Shown: piece by piece, positions 48,674 through 58,165 of the stretch
Numbering within the stretch: position 1 is the stretch's first letter
Layout of the letters: the number at the start of each line of letters is the position of its first letter
Origin: a virus
Length of the DNA: 64,000 bases
Virus record (IMG/VR): IMGVR_UViG_3300017739_000004
Location: 1 to 64,000 of that record
Reading direction: 5' to 3' (one strand)
Notes under the pieces: model-generated
Databases searched by the model: none
What the model was told of the DNA's origin: nothing
The model's input: only the letters and a program-made list of their open reading frames with translations
Program-made: the position numbers and the translations under genes

Positions 48674-48965
48674 AACAGATTCTTATGTCATGACTGCTTA
48701 TACTGACTCTGCTGGTGATATGTTAGAAATTGAGACAGTCAGAAATACAATAAAGTCAATAAACAAACAAAATGCAAGAGCTGAAAGGTATCATAATAAC
48801 CATCCGATGAGTGATGATATTGTATCTATGCCTAGATATCGTGTTTCATTAAAAGGTAGGTATGGAAGAAATAATCCAAACTATTGTTCATGGAGAGGTA
48901 ATAATGGTAGTGTTCCCTTAGAACATGCAGAAAGAGTGGATGTATATATCCATAGGAGTAATTAA
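48666..48965 (+). CDS. Hypothetical early protein
   Basis: GAGGAGG RBS; YRVSLKGR.G.NNP. Confidence 0.7.
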   Translation: MDRTDSYVMTAYTDSAGDMLEIETVRNTIKSINKQNARAERYHNNHPMSDDIVSMPRYRVSLKGRYGRNNPNYCSWRGNNGSVPLEHAERVDVYIHRSN

Positions 48966-49019
48966 AAATGGTAATGAACTTTGAACACATTGCAACTCGA
49001 ATACCTTTAAATGTAAGAG

Positions 49020-49048
49020 TTGACATGATAAGCTTTATATGTTATAAT
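49020..49048 (+). promoter_or_regulatory. sigma70-type promoter
   Basis: TTGACA-17bp-TATAAT. Confidence 0.8.
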
Positions 49049-49133
49049 ATAGGTTTAAAAAACAAAGCAATTAATAGAGTAATGAAATTTTATGATATTG
49101 ATGAAAATGAATATTTTTACGAAGGAGTGATTT

Positions 49134-49421
49134 ATGGGTAAAGCATTTGATGAAATTAGAGCTCAGTTATTAGCTGAGAAAGAAAAATACGAAGCAGAAA
49201 AAGAATTTAAAGAAACTGTGAGAAGAGTTTATAGTAGACCAAAAGACTATAATAAATTATCTGGTTCTGTGAAAAAAGCAAAACATCTAGCACCTGGTGG
49301 TTTAGATTTACATAAAGACGAGAACAGACATTATTCAAAAGAGAATACAGAAAAATGGTTAGGTTCAACATCTTATATGGAAACATATCAGTCAATGAAG
49401 GAGCAAGACTCATGGGATTAG
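49134..49421 (+). CDS. Hypothetical protein
   Basis: AAGGAG RBS. Confidence 0.7.
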   Translation: MGKAFDEIRAQLLAEKEKYEAEKEFKETVRRVYSRPKDYNKLSGSVKKAKHLAPGGLDLHKDENRHYSKENTEKWLGSTSYMETYQSMKEQDSWD

Positions 49422-49515
49422 GTGCAAGTTTATATGAGGTGTTTCTAGTAATTATAGGAACAGGTTTTTGTACAGCAACTTATGTGGTTGTTGACTATTT
49501 TGTAAATGGTGGTAA

Positions 49516-49722
49516 ATGAGATTATTAGTAGAAAATTATGGTAATGTAAGAGTATTTAAAGATCGCTCTTTAGTAGGATTACCTCGTTATATTATAGAAT
49601 CTATGGATCCCGATTTTGGTTTTAGACATACTAAAGTTTTATCTGGTGTATGGTATAAAAAAGAAAAAGTGTTAGAGATAGCATTGGATATGGCTCAAGA
49701 ATTAGATGGCAGAGAAAAGTAA
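49516..49722 (+). CDS. Hypothetical protein
   Basis: ORF in the early cluster. Confidence 0.55.
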   Translation: MRLLVENYGNVRVFKDRSLVGLPRYIIESMDPDFGFRHTKVLSGVWYKKEKVLEIALDMAQELDGREK

Positions 49723-49841
49723 AGATATAGTTGGTAGTTTACAAAAACAAGCTTGGAGAAGAGCAACACAATTGCCTAAGCCAAATTCAGGTACACCACA
49801 TGATTGGGAAGATTACGAAAAAATGAAAGAGGATAAAAATA

Positions 49842-50135
49842 ATGAGCGAACATAAAGACGCTGTAATAAAACAAGCTAAACTATTATTAGCTGAACAATG
49901 GGCAAATGGAATTACGAATGTCCATGTGTTTGATACTACTAAAGTTCAGATGTGGTACGAGAATATTAATACAGAAAAAGACGGTCGTGTCACAGATATA
50001 ACTTACAACGATGGACGTATTGAAAGATCACAAAATGGAAAAGTGATTAGAACTTTTGGTGAGAAACAATTATGTGGCAATGACTTAATTAATCAATGGG
50101 AGAGATTTGGACCAACAGTTGACATCTCAATTTAA
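49842..50135 (+). CDS. Hypothetical protein
   Basis: GAGG RBS. Confidence 0.65.
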   Translation: MSEHKDAVIKQAKLLLAEQWANGITNVHVFDTTKVQMWYENINTEKDGRVTDITYNDGRIERSQNGKVIRTFGEKQLCGNDLINQWERFGPTVDISI

Positions 50136-50147
50136 CTGTGTTATAAT
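50119..50147 (+). promoter_or_regulatory. sigma70-type promoter
   Basis: TTGACA-17bp-TATAAT with TGTG. Confidence 0.85.
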
Positions 50148-50155
50148 ATAATATT

Positions 50156-50512
50156 ATGGGAATGACTAATTTTTATCAAGGTTCACTGAGGTATTCACCT
50201 TGTGGCCGAAAAAGAAAAAATCACATGGCTAATCCAGTCAAGAAAAAACCAATTCATTTTAAAAAGATGAAAGTTGAAAAGTCAACATTAGATATAATGC
50301 GTAAAGAACAAGCAAAGCAATATAAATCATTAATGGAAGAAGCTATCAAAGATGGTACATGGTTAGATCAGGCAGGTAATACAGCTAAAAAAGAGAATCC
50401 AGTTTATACTGGCACATTAGTAAAAGGTATTGCCACAATGCATAAATCAAATGCTGTTCCAGTTATTAATCAGCAAGAAGCAGAAGATATTGCTAAAATG
50501 AGGAGAGGTTAA
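50156..50512 (+). CDS. Conserved T4-like hypothetical protein
   Basis: YTGTLVKGIATMHKSNAVPV...IAKMRR. Confidence 0.75.
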   Translation: MGMTNFYQGSLRYSPCGRKRKNHMANPVKKKPIHFKKMKVEKSTLDIMRKEQAKQYKSLMEEAIKDGTWLDQAGNTAKKENPVYTGTLVKGIATMHKSNAVPVINQQEAEDIAKMRRG

Positions 50513-50681
50513 TGAAAGAGTTTTGGAAACAGTTTTTTGGTTTTTGGAACAATATTTTCAATTGGTCGTTTAGAGTTTTAATATTATTAATTATTTGTTA
50601 TTTTATATTACATTTAATTAATGGTGGTAATATATGAAAGAGTATCGTCGTGACGACGGTTAAATATCAAATAGGAGTATT

Positions 50682-50888
50682 ATGATAACAGAACAAGGAA
50701 GTAAAAAAGAAATCTCTACGTTTATGAGAGGACCATTGAAGTCAGATTTATTTGAATCAAATGGAGTTTATGGATGTGATTATTACCGAGACGGAGTTTT
50801 GGTTTTAACAGAAATGTATGAAGGTAAAAGCAGACACTATGCACAAGCAGCTGCAGAGAATTACGTAGATGGAATTAAACAAGTTTAG
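50682..50888 (+). CDS. Hypothetical protein
   Basis: AGGAG RBS; KSRHYAQAAAENYV. Confidence 0.7.
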   Translation: MITEQGSKKEISTFMRGPLKSDLFESNGVYGCDYYRDGVLVLTEMYEGKSRHYAQAAAENYVDGIKQV

Positions 50889-50890
50889 AA

Positions 50891-50935
50891 GGTTGACCGG
50901 AGTTTCCAACTCCTTATCATTAGCTTCGGTTAACC
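50891..50935 (+). ncRNA. Hairpin displaying an anti-RBS loop (candidate sRNA or terminator)
   Basis: 12-bp stem with two G:U pairs; loop ACTCCTTATCATTA complementary to 48070-48083. Confidence 0.5.
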
Positions 50936-50948
50936 AATTTTTATATAT

Positions 50949-52091
50949 ATGAGTATGGCAAGAAAAAAGAAAAGAGGACCAACCTTAGAAGATAAGTATT
51001 TAGGACCAGAACCTAATTATGGACCACACAATAACGTTGGTGAAGGCGAAGAAAGACTTAAAGAATATCACAGAGGTGCATCTTGGTTTTATTATTACGA
51101 GAATAGAAAGAAAGCACACAATGCAATATTACACTATGCAAAGCACGATTTAAAATTAACGAATAAAGAACTAGTTAATTTAAATAAAAATCCTGTATGG
51201 AAAATTAATCAAAAAAATTATAAACCAATTGCAATGTATCAAGCAGGCTGGGTTGGAGCTCCTTTAGATTTAGAAGCAGTTAATCAAAGATTACGTGATC
51301 TAGTGAAAAAAGGTGAGAAGATCAAACTACAAAAATTAAAAGAGAGTCCACCAAAGCCTGTCATTACACCACAAGAAAGAACAAGAAAAAAAGTTATAGA
51401 AACAATTTATATGGACTGGGACTCTACAATAGTAGAAGGTTGGTTTGATGAAGATTATACACAAAAGTTTTCTGCCTATAATAGATTTAGAGGTTATGGA
51501 TTAAAAAGTAATTCAATTAATATATTTAAAGCTTTATTAGAACAAGAGTATAATAATATACAAGAGGCTTATAATAGAACTTGCGAGCAATGTGTAGAAG
51601 CCTATTCACATATTACAAAAGGTAATAAAAGAAAAATATTAAAACAATTTGAAGATGTATTTGCTGATTTAGAAAAATTAAGAACATCATTTAAATCAGC
51701 TCGTAAACCAAGAGCACATAAACCAAAAACATCAGACAAACAAGTTGAAAGATTACAATACATGGAAGAAAGTATTGATGATAAACTTGTTTCAATTAAT
51801 CCTGTACTCATACCAAGAAGTCATAAGCTTTTTGTTTATAATACAAAACAAAGAAGATTATTTGAATACAAGACTGAATCAGCTCATGGATTTGAAGTGA
51901 GTGGTACAACAATTAAAAATTTTGATGACGAAAGTAGAGTTGCACTTTTACGCAAACCAGAAGAGATATTACCACAAATTTTAAATAAAACAGAAAAACA
52001 AATTGAAAAGGTTTGGAGTAATATCACAACAAAAATAAATAAACCTACAGGCAGAATCAACTCAGACTGTATTTTATTAAGGGTAATATGA
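50949..52091 (+). CDS. Conserved T4-like hypothetical protein upstream of gene 33
   Basis: EAYSH, LVSINP, VSGTTIKNFD, LRKP, GRIN..ILL. Confidence 0.75.
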   Translation: MSMARKKKRGPTLEDKYLGPEPNYGPHNNVGEGEERLKEYHRGASWFYYYENRKKAHNAILHYAKHDLKLTNKELVNLNKNPVWKINQKNYKPIAMYQAGWVGAPLDLEAVNQRLRDLVKKGEKIKLQKLKESPPKPVITPQERTRKKVIETIYMDWDSTIVEGWFDEDYTQKFSAYNRFRGYGLKSNSINIFKALLEQEYNNIQEAYNRTCEQCVEAYSHITKGNKRKILKQFEDVFADLEKLRTSFKSARKPRAHKPKTSDKQVERLQYMEESIDDKLVSINPVLIPRSHKLFVYNTKQRRLFEYKTESAHGFEVSGTTIKNFDDESRVALLRKPEEILPQILNKTEKQIEKVWSNITTKINKPTGRINSDCILLRVI

Positions 52092-52330
52092 CAGAAATAA
52101 TTGAAGAAAAAATAATGACTAAAAAAAGATTTTCACTTGCAGTTGAGAGTTTAGTATCTAGTCATAAAATGAATTATATAGATGCAGCTGCGCATGTAGT
52201 TCAAGAAAGAGGATTAGATTACAGGTCTATGAAAAGACTTATGACAGATTCTCTAAAAGCAAAAATAGAAGCAGAAGCTAAAAGCTTAAATTTATTAAGA
52301 GTAAAAAAAACTAATAAATTACCAGTATGA
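52088..52330 (+). CDS. 33: Late transcription coactivator gp33
   Basis: FS..VE..V..MNYIDA..LKAKIEAEA..LNLL; synteny 33-59-32. Confidence 0.88.
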   Translation: MTEIIEEKIMTKKRFSLAVESLVSSHKMNYIDAAAHVVQERGLDYRSMKRLMTDSLKAKIEAEAKSLNLLRVKKTNKLPV

Positions 52331-52496
52331 CAATCTGGAACAATACTAAAGATTGGGAAAAGACTTCCAATGAATGGGTTGCAACCATGCACAAATCAAG
52401 ACTTAAAAAAGAAAAAAAAGCTATGTGTAATCACGATGATTTTGGCTGGTGTGAGAATTGTTTAACAACTGAAGATGGTGAGAAATTAGAACCAGT

Positions 52497-53090
52497 ATGA
52501 AAGACCCTTTTGATTCTTACAAATTATATAATTCGTTAAAATTACATTTTGAAACTGATAATTATGATGCGATTAAATATAATTTTAAAACTTCAGTTAA
52601 ACCTACTTCTTTCTTTAAAAGAAAAGATAAATATTTTTTTGCAAAGTTAGCAAATACATACGATGATCTCTTAGATTTCTATGTTGCTAATTTCAAAAAT
52701 GATGTTAAGTATGTCGGTGATATGCTTAACGAACATGGCGAACGATATTATCGTGAGCATAAAAAGGTATGTGAAAGTTTAACATATACTTTTGAAAATG
52801 ATATAAATAAATTATACGAAAGTAATTCTGATTTTAATGCTTTATTAGAAGCAAAAGATAATGAACATCCTTTCGTAATAACTTATTGGCTTCAAGATGA
52901 AATACACTTAGAAACTGTAGTAATCTTGGATGCAATAACCGGGTTTATAAATCGTGAGAATAAAAAGATTTCTGAAACAATTATTTGGCCAGATATCTTT
53001 AGAAAGATTACGAAATATAAACCTTTCGTAAAGTTCGATAAAACTAAATGTGTAAATATTTTGAAAAAGACCTTTACAAAGACACAGTAA
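52497..53090 (+). CDS. 59: Helicase loader gp59
   Basis: LKLHF..YD..KY, F.KRKDKYFF.KL, ETVVILD. Confidence 0.9.
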   Translation: MKDPFDSYKLYNSLKLHFETDNYDAIKYNFKTSVKPTSFFKRKDKYFFAKLANTYDDLLDFYVANFKNDVKYVGDMLNEHGERYYREHKKVCESLTYTFENDINKLYESNSDFNALLEAKDNEHPFVITYWLQDEIHLETVVILDAITGFINRENKKISETIIWPDIFRKITKYKPFVKFDKTKCVNILKKTFTKTQ

Positions 53091-53101
53091 TGTGTTATAA
53101 T
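53073..53101 (+). promoter_or_regulatory. sigma70-type promoter of gene 32
   Basis: TTTACA-17bp-TATAAT. Confidence 0.85.
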
Positions 53102-53158
53102 ATAAGTATATTTTGTTATGTATAAAGTGGATAATTCAGTAATATATGGAGAAATAAA

Positions 53159-54064
53159 ATGTCGTTAGATAATTTAAAGAGTATGCGAGGCTCATCAATA
53201 GATAAACTCGTTAAGGCAGCAGAAGCTGTATCCACAAGTAAACCAGAAACTACTTCTTATGAAGATACTAGATTCTGGAAACCTACTAGAGATAAAGCAG
53301 GAAACGGATATGCCGTGATTAGATTCTTACCTGCCAAAGAAGGCGAAGACCTTCCTTGGGTGAGATATTGGGACCATGGCTTTAAGGGACCTACTGGACT
53401 ATGGTATATAGAAAACTCATTAACCTCTATTGGTCAACAAGACCCAGTATCAGAAGCTAATTCTGTTTTATGGAATACAGGTAGAGACGAGGATAAAGCT
53501 TTAGCTAGAGAAAGAAAGAGAAGATTACATTACGTAAGTAATATTCTTGTTATTTCTGATCCAGATAATCCACAAAATGAAGGGAAAGTTTTCCTTTATA
53601 AGTTTGGTAAGAAAATATTTGATAAGATCATGGATGTTATGCAACCACAATTTGCAGATGAAACACCTATTAACCCTTATGATTTTTGGGAAGGTGCCGA
53701 TTTTAAAATTAAGATCAGAAAGGTCGAAGGTTGGGTAAACTATGATAAATCAGAATTCAGTAAAGCATCTGCTTTATTTGAAAGTGATGAAGCAAGATTG
53801 CAAGAGACATACGATCAATTGCATGCCTTATCAGAATTTACTGATGCCGCAAACTATAAATCTTATGATGAACTTAAGGCTAAGTTTAATAGAGTACTAG
53901 GAATTGATGCGGGTGTAGCAATGGATGCACCAGTTATGGAATCTGCAGAACCAGCTTCTCAACCAGCAGTTGATAATTCACCTGTAATTGATACACCAAC
54001 AGACGATGGTGGATCGGAAGAAGAAGATACACTTAGTTATTTTGCTAAATTAGCGAATGAATAG
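53159..54064 (+). CDS. 32: ssDNA-binding protein gp32
   Basis: DKAGNGYAVIRFLP, WYIENSLT, KFGKKIFDKI, NYDKSEF, acidic tail. Confidence 0.96.
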   Translation: MSLDNLKSMRGSSIDKLVKAAEAVSTSKPETTSYEDTRFWKPTRDKAGNGYAVIRFLPAKEGEDLPWVRYWDHGFKGPTGLWYIENSLTSIGQQDPVSEANSVLWNTGRDEDKALARERKRRLHYVSNILVISDPDNPQNEGKVFLYKFGKKIFDKIMDVMQPQFADETPINPYDFWEGADFKIKIRKVEGWVNYDKSEFSKASALFESDEARLQETYDQLHALSEFTDAANYKSYDELKAKFNRVLGIDAGVAMDAPVMESAEPASQPAVDNSPVIDTPTDDGGSEEEDTLSYFAKLANE

Positions 54065-54115
54065 TAGTCTCGTAAGAGGCCAGGCTTCGTAGCTATAGAT
54101 ACGGGAGTCGAAAGC

Positions 54116-54139
54116 AGGGACCTTCGGGTCCCTTTTTTT
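54116..54139 (+). terminator. Intrinsic terminator between convergent genes
   Basis: AGGGACC-TTCG-GGTCCCT followed by a T run. Confidence 0.92.
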
Positions 54140-56219
54140 AATCTGATGAAACAGCTGAATTAGATGTTTGTTGACCTTCTGGATTAATACCGACTGATGC
54201 AATTGTTGGACCGACACTTGTATTAGCATTAGAAATATTATTAATTACAACATTTCCTGTTGCACCACCATTACCTAATGCAAATAACTCTGGTCCACTA
54301 TTAATTGTAGGTAAAATTAAATTATTAGATTCATCATTGACTCTTTCCATAGAATCGGCAAGTTCATTAAACACTATAGCAAGATTTTGTAAAGGTGCTA
54401 TTCTATCTACACCATCACCTAATACATTATCAAAAAGTAATCCTTCATTAACAATTGTTTCACCACTTAATAATCTTACACCATCTGAAAATTTGGCTAG
54501 ACTTTCTACTGCATCATCTGATATTTTAAAATCTTTATCAAGATCAAGTCTACTAAAAACTGCAAAGGCTCTTCCAAGTTCTTCCATACCTTCTGCACCA
54601 GCTTTAAGTTCAGGTCCTTTATCAGCAACTTCCATTGCTATATCTAATGGTGATTTTTTAGAACCTGTAAAAAATTCTAAAACACTTGAACCAAAATTAG
54701 ATAGTGCACTACTAAAAGCTTCAGAACCAAAATATGAAATTCCATTACCGACTTTGCGTAGAGCATAGTTAAGATCGTCTGAATCTTGTTTAATATCTCT
54801 TCCCTCACCAATTGATAATAAGGTAGTCACTTTACTTTTAATATCTTCAGCAAAATTACCTTCTTTAGACATAAAGTTTGCTAAACCAGAACCAACTCCT
54901 GCAACAGCTGTACCTATTCCAAATACAGCCAAACCAGCTCCAATACCTGACATTGCTAAAAAGAATTTTCCACTTTCACCAATAAAAGTATCGCCATCGG
55001 CTTCGACCGCATCTTTTATAGATAACAATATTAAAACATTATCTTTAATTTGTTGTGCAAATAATTCTCCAGTTCCTGTAAATCTTGCAACACCTTCGGC
55101 AACTCCTGAGCCAGCACCTGCAACTGCAGCACCTGCACCAAATATAGCTAAGCCAGTTCCAATACCACTCATGGCTAAGAAAAACGCTCCACTATCAAAT
55201 AACATATCAATATTACCACCTAATGAATCTTTAATTGATAATAATATTAGTACATTATCTTTTATACTTTGGGCAAACTGAGTATCTGAACTAAATTTAT
55301 TAATACCTTCTGCAGCTCCTACTCCTGCTGAACCAACAGTTGCTCCAGCTCCAAAGACTGCAAGACCTGCAGCTAATCCTGTCATAGCTGCGGGGAAGAA
55401 GGCACTATCTATTAAGAACTCAAGATTACCACCTGCATCATCTGCAATAGATAATAATGTCAATACATTTTGTTTTATACTCTCACTATCTAAACCTATA
55501 AATTTATCAGCTGCGCCCGCGGCCGCGGAACCAACTCCAAATACACCAAGACCGATTCCTAAACCAGCTAATACTGCTGTCAGAACTCCACCTTCTGCAT
55601 AGAATGAAAGTAATGAACCTTCGCCATCAGCTGATGGTACTATAGCCATAATCTCTTGTATATTATTTGCAACTTTAGCTCCATCTACGCCTTGAAATTC
55701 TTTCATTGCTTTTGCAGATGCAAATAATGCTATACCTAAACCTGCTGCAGCTATACCTGCTCCAGCTAAAGCTCCACCAAGTTTACCAATCATTGACCCA
55801 CGGCTTTTAGCTTCTGTAGCTTGTACTTTACTTGCTTTACTTGTTTCTTCAGCTACCTTAGAATCTTTTTCTAGTAATTTTAATTTTTCTTGATCGTCTT
55901 GTTCTTTTTGAAATTGATTTTCAGCTTGATCTTGTTTTTGTGATTTAAATATATTAGCTATAGAATTTAATATATCTGTTTGAGGTGCAGATTGTTCTGC
56001 AAAACCTTTTAAGGCTACTTGTTGTTCTAATATTGCGGTTTGAGTATTTTCTTTTGCAGGCTTTTCTTTACCAAATATATTTTTACTAGAAAAAACATCT
56101 GTTAAATCTTTTAAAGCTTTTTTACGATTTTTATTTGGATCATCGTCACCGCCACCGCCGCCACTACCTCCGGCACCAGCACCAGTTTGTCCAAACAATT
56201 GGTTAAAATCTTCTGCCAT
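54138..56219 (-). CDS. Tape measure/baseplate hub protein (gp29-like)
   Basis: Coiled coil plus roughly 80-aa Gly/Ala hydrophobic repeats (IK.NVL.LLSI); downstream of the gp26/gp51-like genes. Confidence 0.65.
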   Translation of the reverse strand: MAEDFNQLFGQTGAGAGGSGGGGGDDDPNKNRKKALKDLTDVFSSKNIFGKEKPAKENTQTAILEQQVALKGFAEQSAPQTDILNSIANIFKSQKQDQAENQFQKEQDDQEKLKLLEKDSKVAEETSKASKVQATEAKSRGSMIGKLGGALAGAGIAAAGLGIALFASAKAMKEFQGVDGAKVANNIQEIMAIVPSADGEGSLLSFYAEGGVLTAVLAGLGIGLGVFGVGSAAAGAADKFIGLDSESIKQNVLTLLSIADDAGGNLEFLIDSAFFPAAMTGLAAGLAVFGAGATVGSAGVGAAEGINKFSSDTQFAQSIKDNVLILLSIKDSLGGNIDMLFDSGAFFLAMSGIGTGLAIFGAGAAVAGAGSGVAEGVARFTGTGELFAQQIKDNVLILLSIKDAVEADGDTFIGESGKFFLAMSGIGAGLAVFGIGTAVAGVGSGLANFMSKEGNFAEDIKSKVTTLLSIGEGRDIKQDSDDLNYALRKVGNGISYFGSEAFSSALSNFGSSVLEFFTGSKKSPLDIAMEVADKGPELKAGAEGMEELGRAFAVFSRLDLDKDFKISDDAVESLAKFSDGVRLLSGETIVNEGLLFDNVLGDGVDRIAPLQNLAIVFNELADSMERVNDESNNLILPTINSGPELFALGNGGATGNVVINNISNANTSVGPTIASVGINPEGQQTSNSAVSSD

Positions 56220-56228
56220 TTATTTTAC

Positions 56229-56603
56229 CTATTTGCCACCAAATGCTTTTCCAGCCTCGCTTATACCAAATGCACCTAATGTCACTACGACAAATGATGT
56301 ATAAATTGTATCACTAATTACTAAATCAACTCCTTGGAAAGCTGTGATTAAATCACATATTCCAAATACTGTCATTAAAGTAAAAGAGATAAAACCAATA
56401 ATTGATTTTTCATTGACATCATTATCATCTAAAAATAAATCCATAAATTTACGTTTAGGTGGTGCTAATTGTTTACGAGCTGCTTCAGCTTCAGCTTTCA
56501 TTTCTTTAATAGTATCTTCGGACTGATCGAGTTTATCGATCAAAGCCATATACTTATCTAAGTCTATTTCTACTTCATTTCTGCTATTATCTTGTTCAGT
56601 CAT
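56229..56603 (-). CDS. Coiled-coil plus two-TM membrane protein
   Basis: DDNDVNEKSIIGF and two TMs. Confidence 0.65.
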   Translation of the reverse strand: MTEQDNSRNEVEIDLDKYMALIDKLDQSEDTIKEMKAEAEAARKQLAPPKRKFMDLFLDDNDVNEKSIIGFISFTLMTVFGICDLITAFQGVDLVISDTIYTSFVVVTLGAFGISEAGKAFGGK

Positions 56604-56604
56604 T

Positions 56605-56736
56605 CTATCTTCCTTGTTGTCTTATTCTTTCATTTTCCTGTTCTATATGAGCCCTGAGCATCGCAGTATATACCTCCCTCTCCCATGGCATCATATCATT
56701 TAGTTCTTCCAAACTATAGTTATGATGTTGCATCAT
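56605..56736 (-). CDS. gp51-like baseplate assembly peptide, probably expressed by frameshift (not in ORF track)
   Basis: MMQHHNYSLEELNDMMPWEREVY. Confidence 0.75.
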   Translation of the reverse strand: MMQHHNYSLEELNDMMPWEREVYTAMLRAHIEQENERIRQQGR

Positions 56737-56783
56737 CGCAAAGTTTGACTGATAATGGTTTACCAGCGTATCATGCGAGAGGC

Positions 56784-57491
56784 CTACGTAAAAAAACTTT
56801 GAAGCCCTTTTAACCCTATTGTATTTTCATGCTGACAATTAGTGCAACAAAATGTGTCTTCGTAAGACATTGCTGGTACGTTTGTAAAAAAATCTTGAAT
56901 CATTTTAAATTGTTCTGATCCAAATGATTCTACAAAGTCTACCAAATCTTCTTTTGTTTCTTCGTCTGCATTATATACGTTGTCGTCATCAAATATAGTA
57001 TCGACACTTGCAACTACTAAATCCATTAAACCTTGAACGGTATCTAGTTTGTTTAAATCAATATTTTCTAAACTATCCATTGTTGGATATCTTAAAGTCA
57101 TTCCAATCTTTTTTTGTTGATCTAACATAAAAGTTTTTTCTACATCAAGATTGCTAACTTTAATATCATCAATATTAATTTCAATGTCATTCATAGTTTC
57201 ACATTCTTCACATTTCATTCCGATTTTTATTTTCTCACCTACAGATTTAGCTCGTAGATTTAAAAATAAAAACTCTATATCAAAAGATGTTAATTTACCA
57301 ACATCTTTAATATCGCAACAACTCATAATTAAATTTCTTACTGCTTGTTGGATTTGCATAGCATCCTTAGATTCTAATGCTACTAACAAGACTTTTTCTT
57401 CCCTTACTAAGTAAGGTCTCATACTAATTTTTTCTCCAGTTGATGGTAATTCAACCATATACTGAGGAACACTCAATTTTGGTAAAGCCAT
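56784..57491 (-). CDS. 26: Baseplate hub assembly protein (gp26-like)
   Basis: MALPK..P.Y..LPSTG, RPYLVREEK, FLNLRAKSVGE, two CxxC, GLQSFF. Confidence 0.8.
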   Translation of the reverse strand: MALPKLSVPQYMVELPSTGEKISMRPYLVREEKVLLVALESKDAMQIQQAVRNLIMSCCDIKDVGKLTSFDIEFLFLNLRAKSVGEKIKIGMKCEECETMNDIEINIDDIKVSNLDVEKTFMLDQQKKIGMTLRYPTMDSLENIDLNKLDTVQGLMDLVVASVDTIFDDDNVYNADEETKEDLVDFVESFGSEQFKMIQDFFTNVPAMSYEDTFCCTNCQHENTIGLKGLQSFFT

Positions 57492-57516
57492 TATTTTCTT
57501 CTCCTATATAATAATA

Positions 57517-58164
57517 TTATCCAATTAGAGATTTAGGAAAACCCGCTCCGATAGCTGATACACTACTAGCAATGGTATCTTCCGGTACATATCTATCATA
57601 AGACATTGTCACCTCTATTTTGCTTTCTCCATTTGGTGCTTGCGTTAATTGCATAGCGCCAATTCCAACTGGGAAAGCATCAATTAATTTCACGCCATAA
57701 ACCACATCATTTTCTTGGTTCAGTTGTTGTATCACAACATCACAAGTATAATCATTTTTATAACCTAAGGCATAACCTTCAGAACTTACAATCATTTGCG
57801 CCCAGTCATCAAACATTCTTTTTATATAAAAATCGTTTGTGACTAAAAAGCTAAATGATACATCAGCATCTGTATAACCTTGCACTCTCTTTTCAGGATA
57901 TCGTGCAGTGTAATCAAATTGTTTTGTTTGAATTGCTTTAGATGGCAATGATGTAGACTCACATAATAATGATAGTGTTCTTGGATCACTTAATAATTGA
58001 TTTTTATTAAAAGTGCCTCTTACTAAACTACCAAGTATTGCATCAATGTCTATATTAATTAAAGCTTGAGATGGTGGTGTAAAGAGTACATTAAATCTAT
58101 TAGTACGACCTATGCCACCTCTATTATTAATTTCTGCTTTTAAATCGTCTATTGAGCCTGCCAT
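57517..58164 (-). CDS. Tail tube-fold baseplate protein (gp54-like)
   Basis: R.NRF, CESTSLP, FDDW, LIDAFP. Confidence 0.7.
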   Translation of the reverse strand: MAGSIDDLKAEINNRGGIGRTNRFNVLFTPPSQALINIDIDAILGSLVRGTFNKNQLLSDPRTLSLLCESTSLPSKAIQTKQFDYTARYPEKRVQGYTDADVSFSFLVTNDFYIKRMFDDWAQMIVSSEGYALGYKNDYTCDVVIQQLNQENDVVYGVKLIDAFPVGIGAMQLTQAPNGESKIEVTMSYDRYVPEDTIASSVSAIGAGFPKSLIG

Positions 58165-58165
58165 T

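Noticed and set aside
54060-54135. Hammerhead ribozyme
   Set aside because: GAAA is present but there is no correctly placed CUGANGA core.
54337-54768. Plus-strand 143-aa ORF and the other short antisense ORFs in the track
   Set aside because: Shadow frames of well-supported genes on the opposite strand, with no motifs or RBS.
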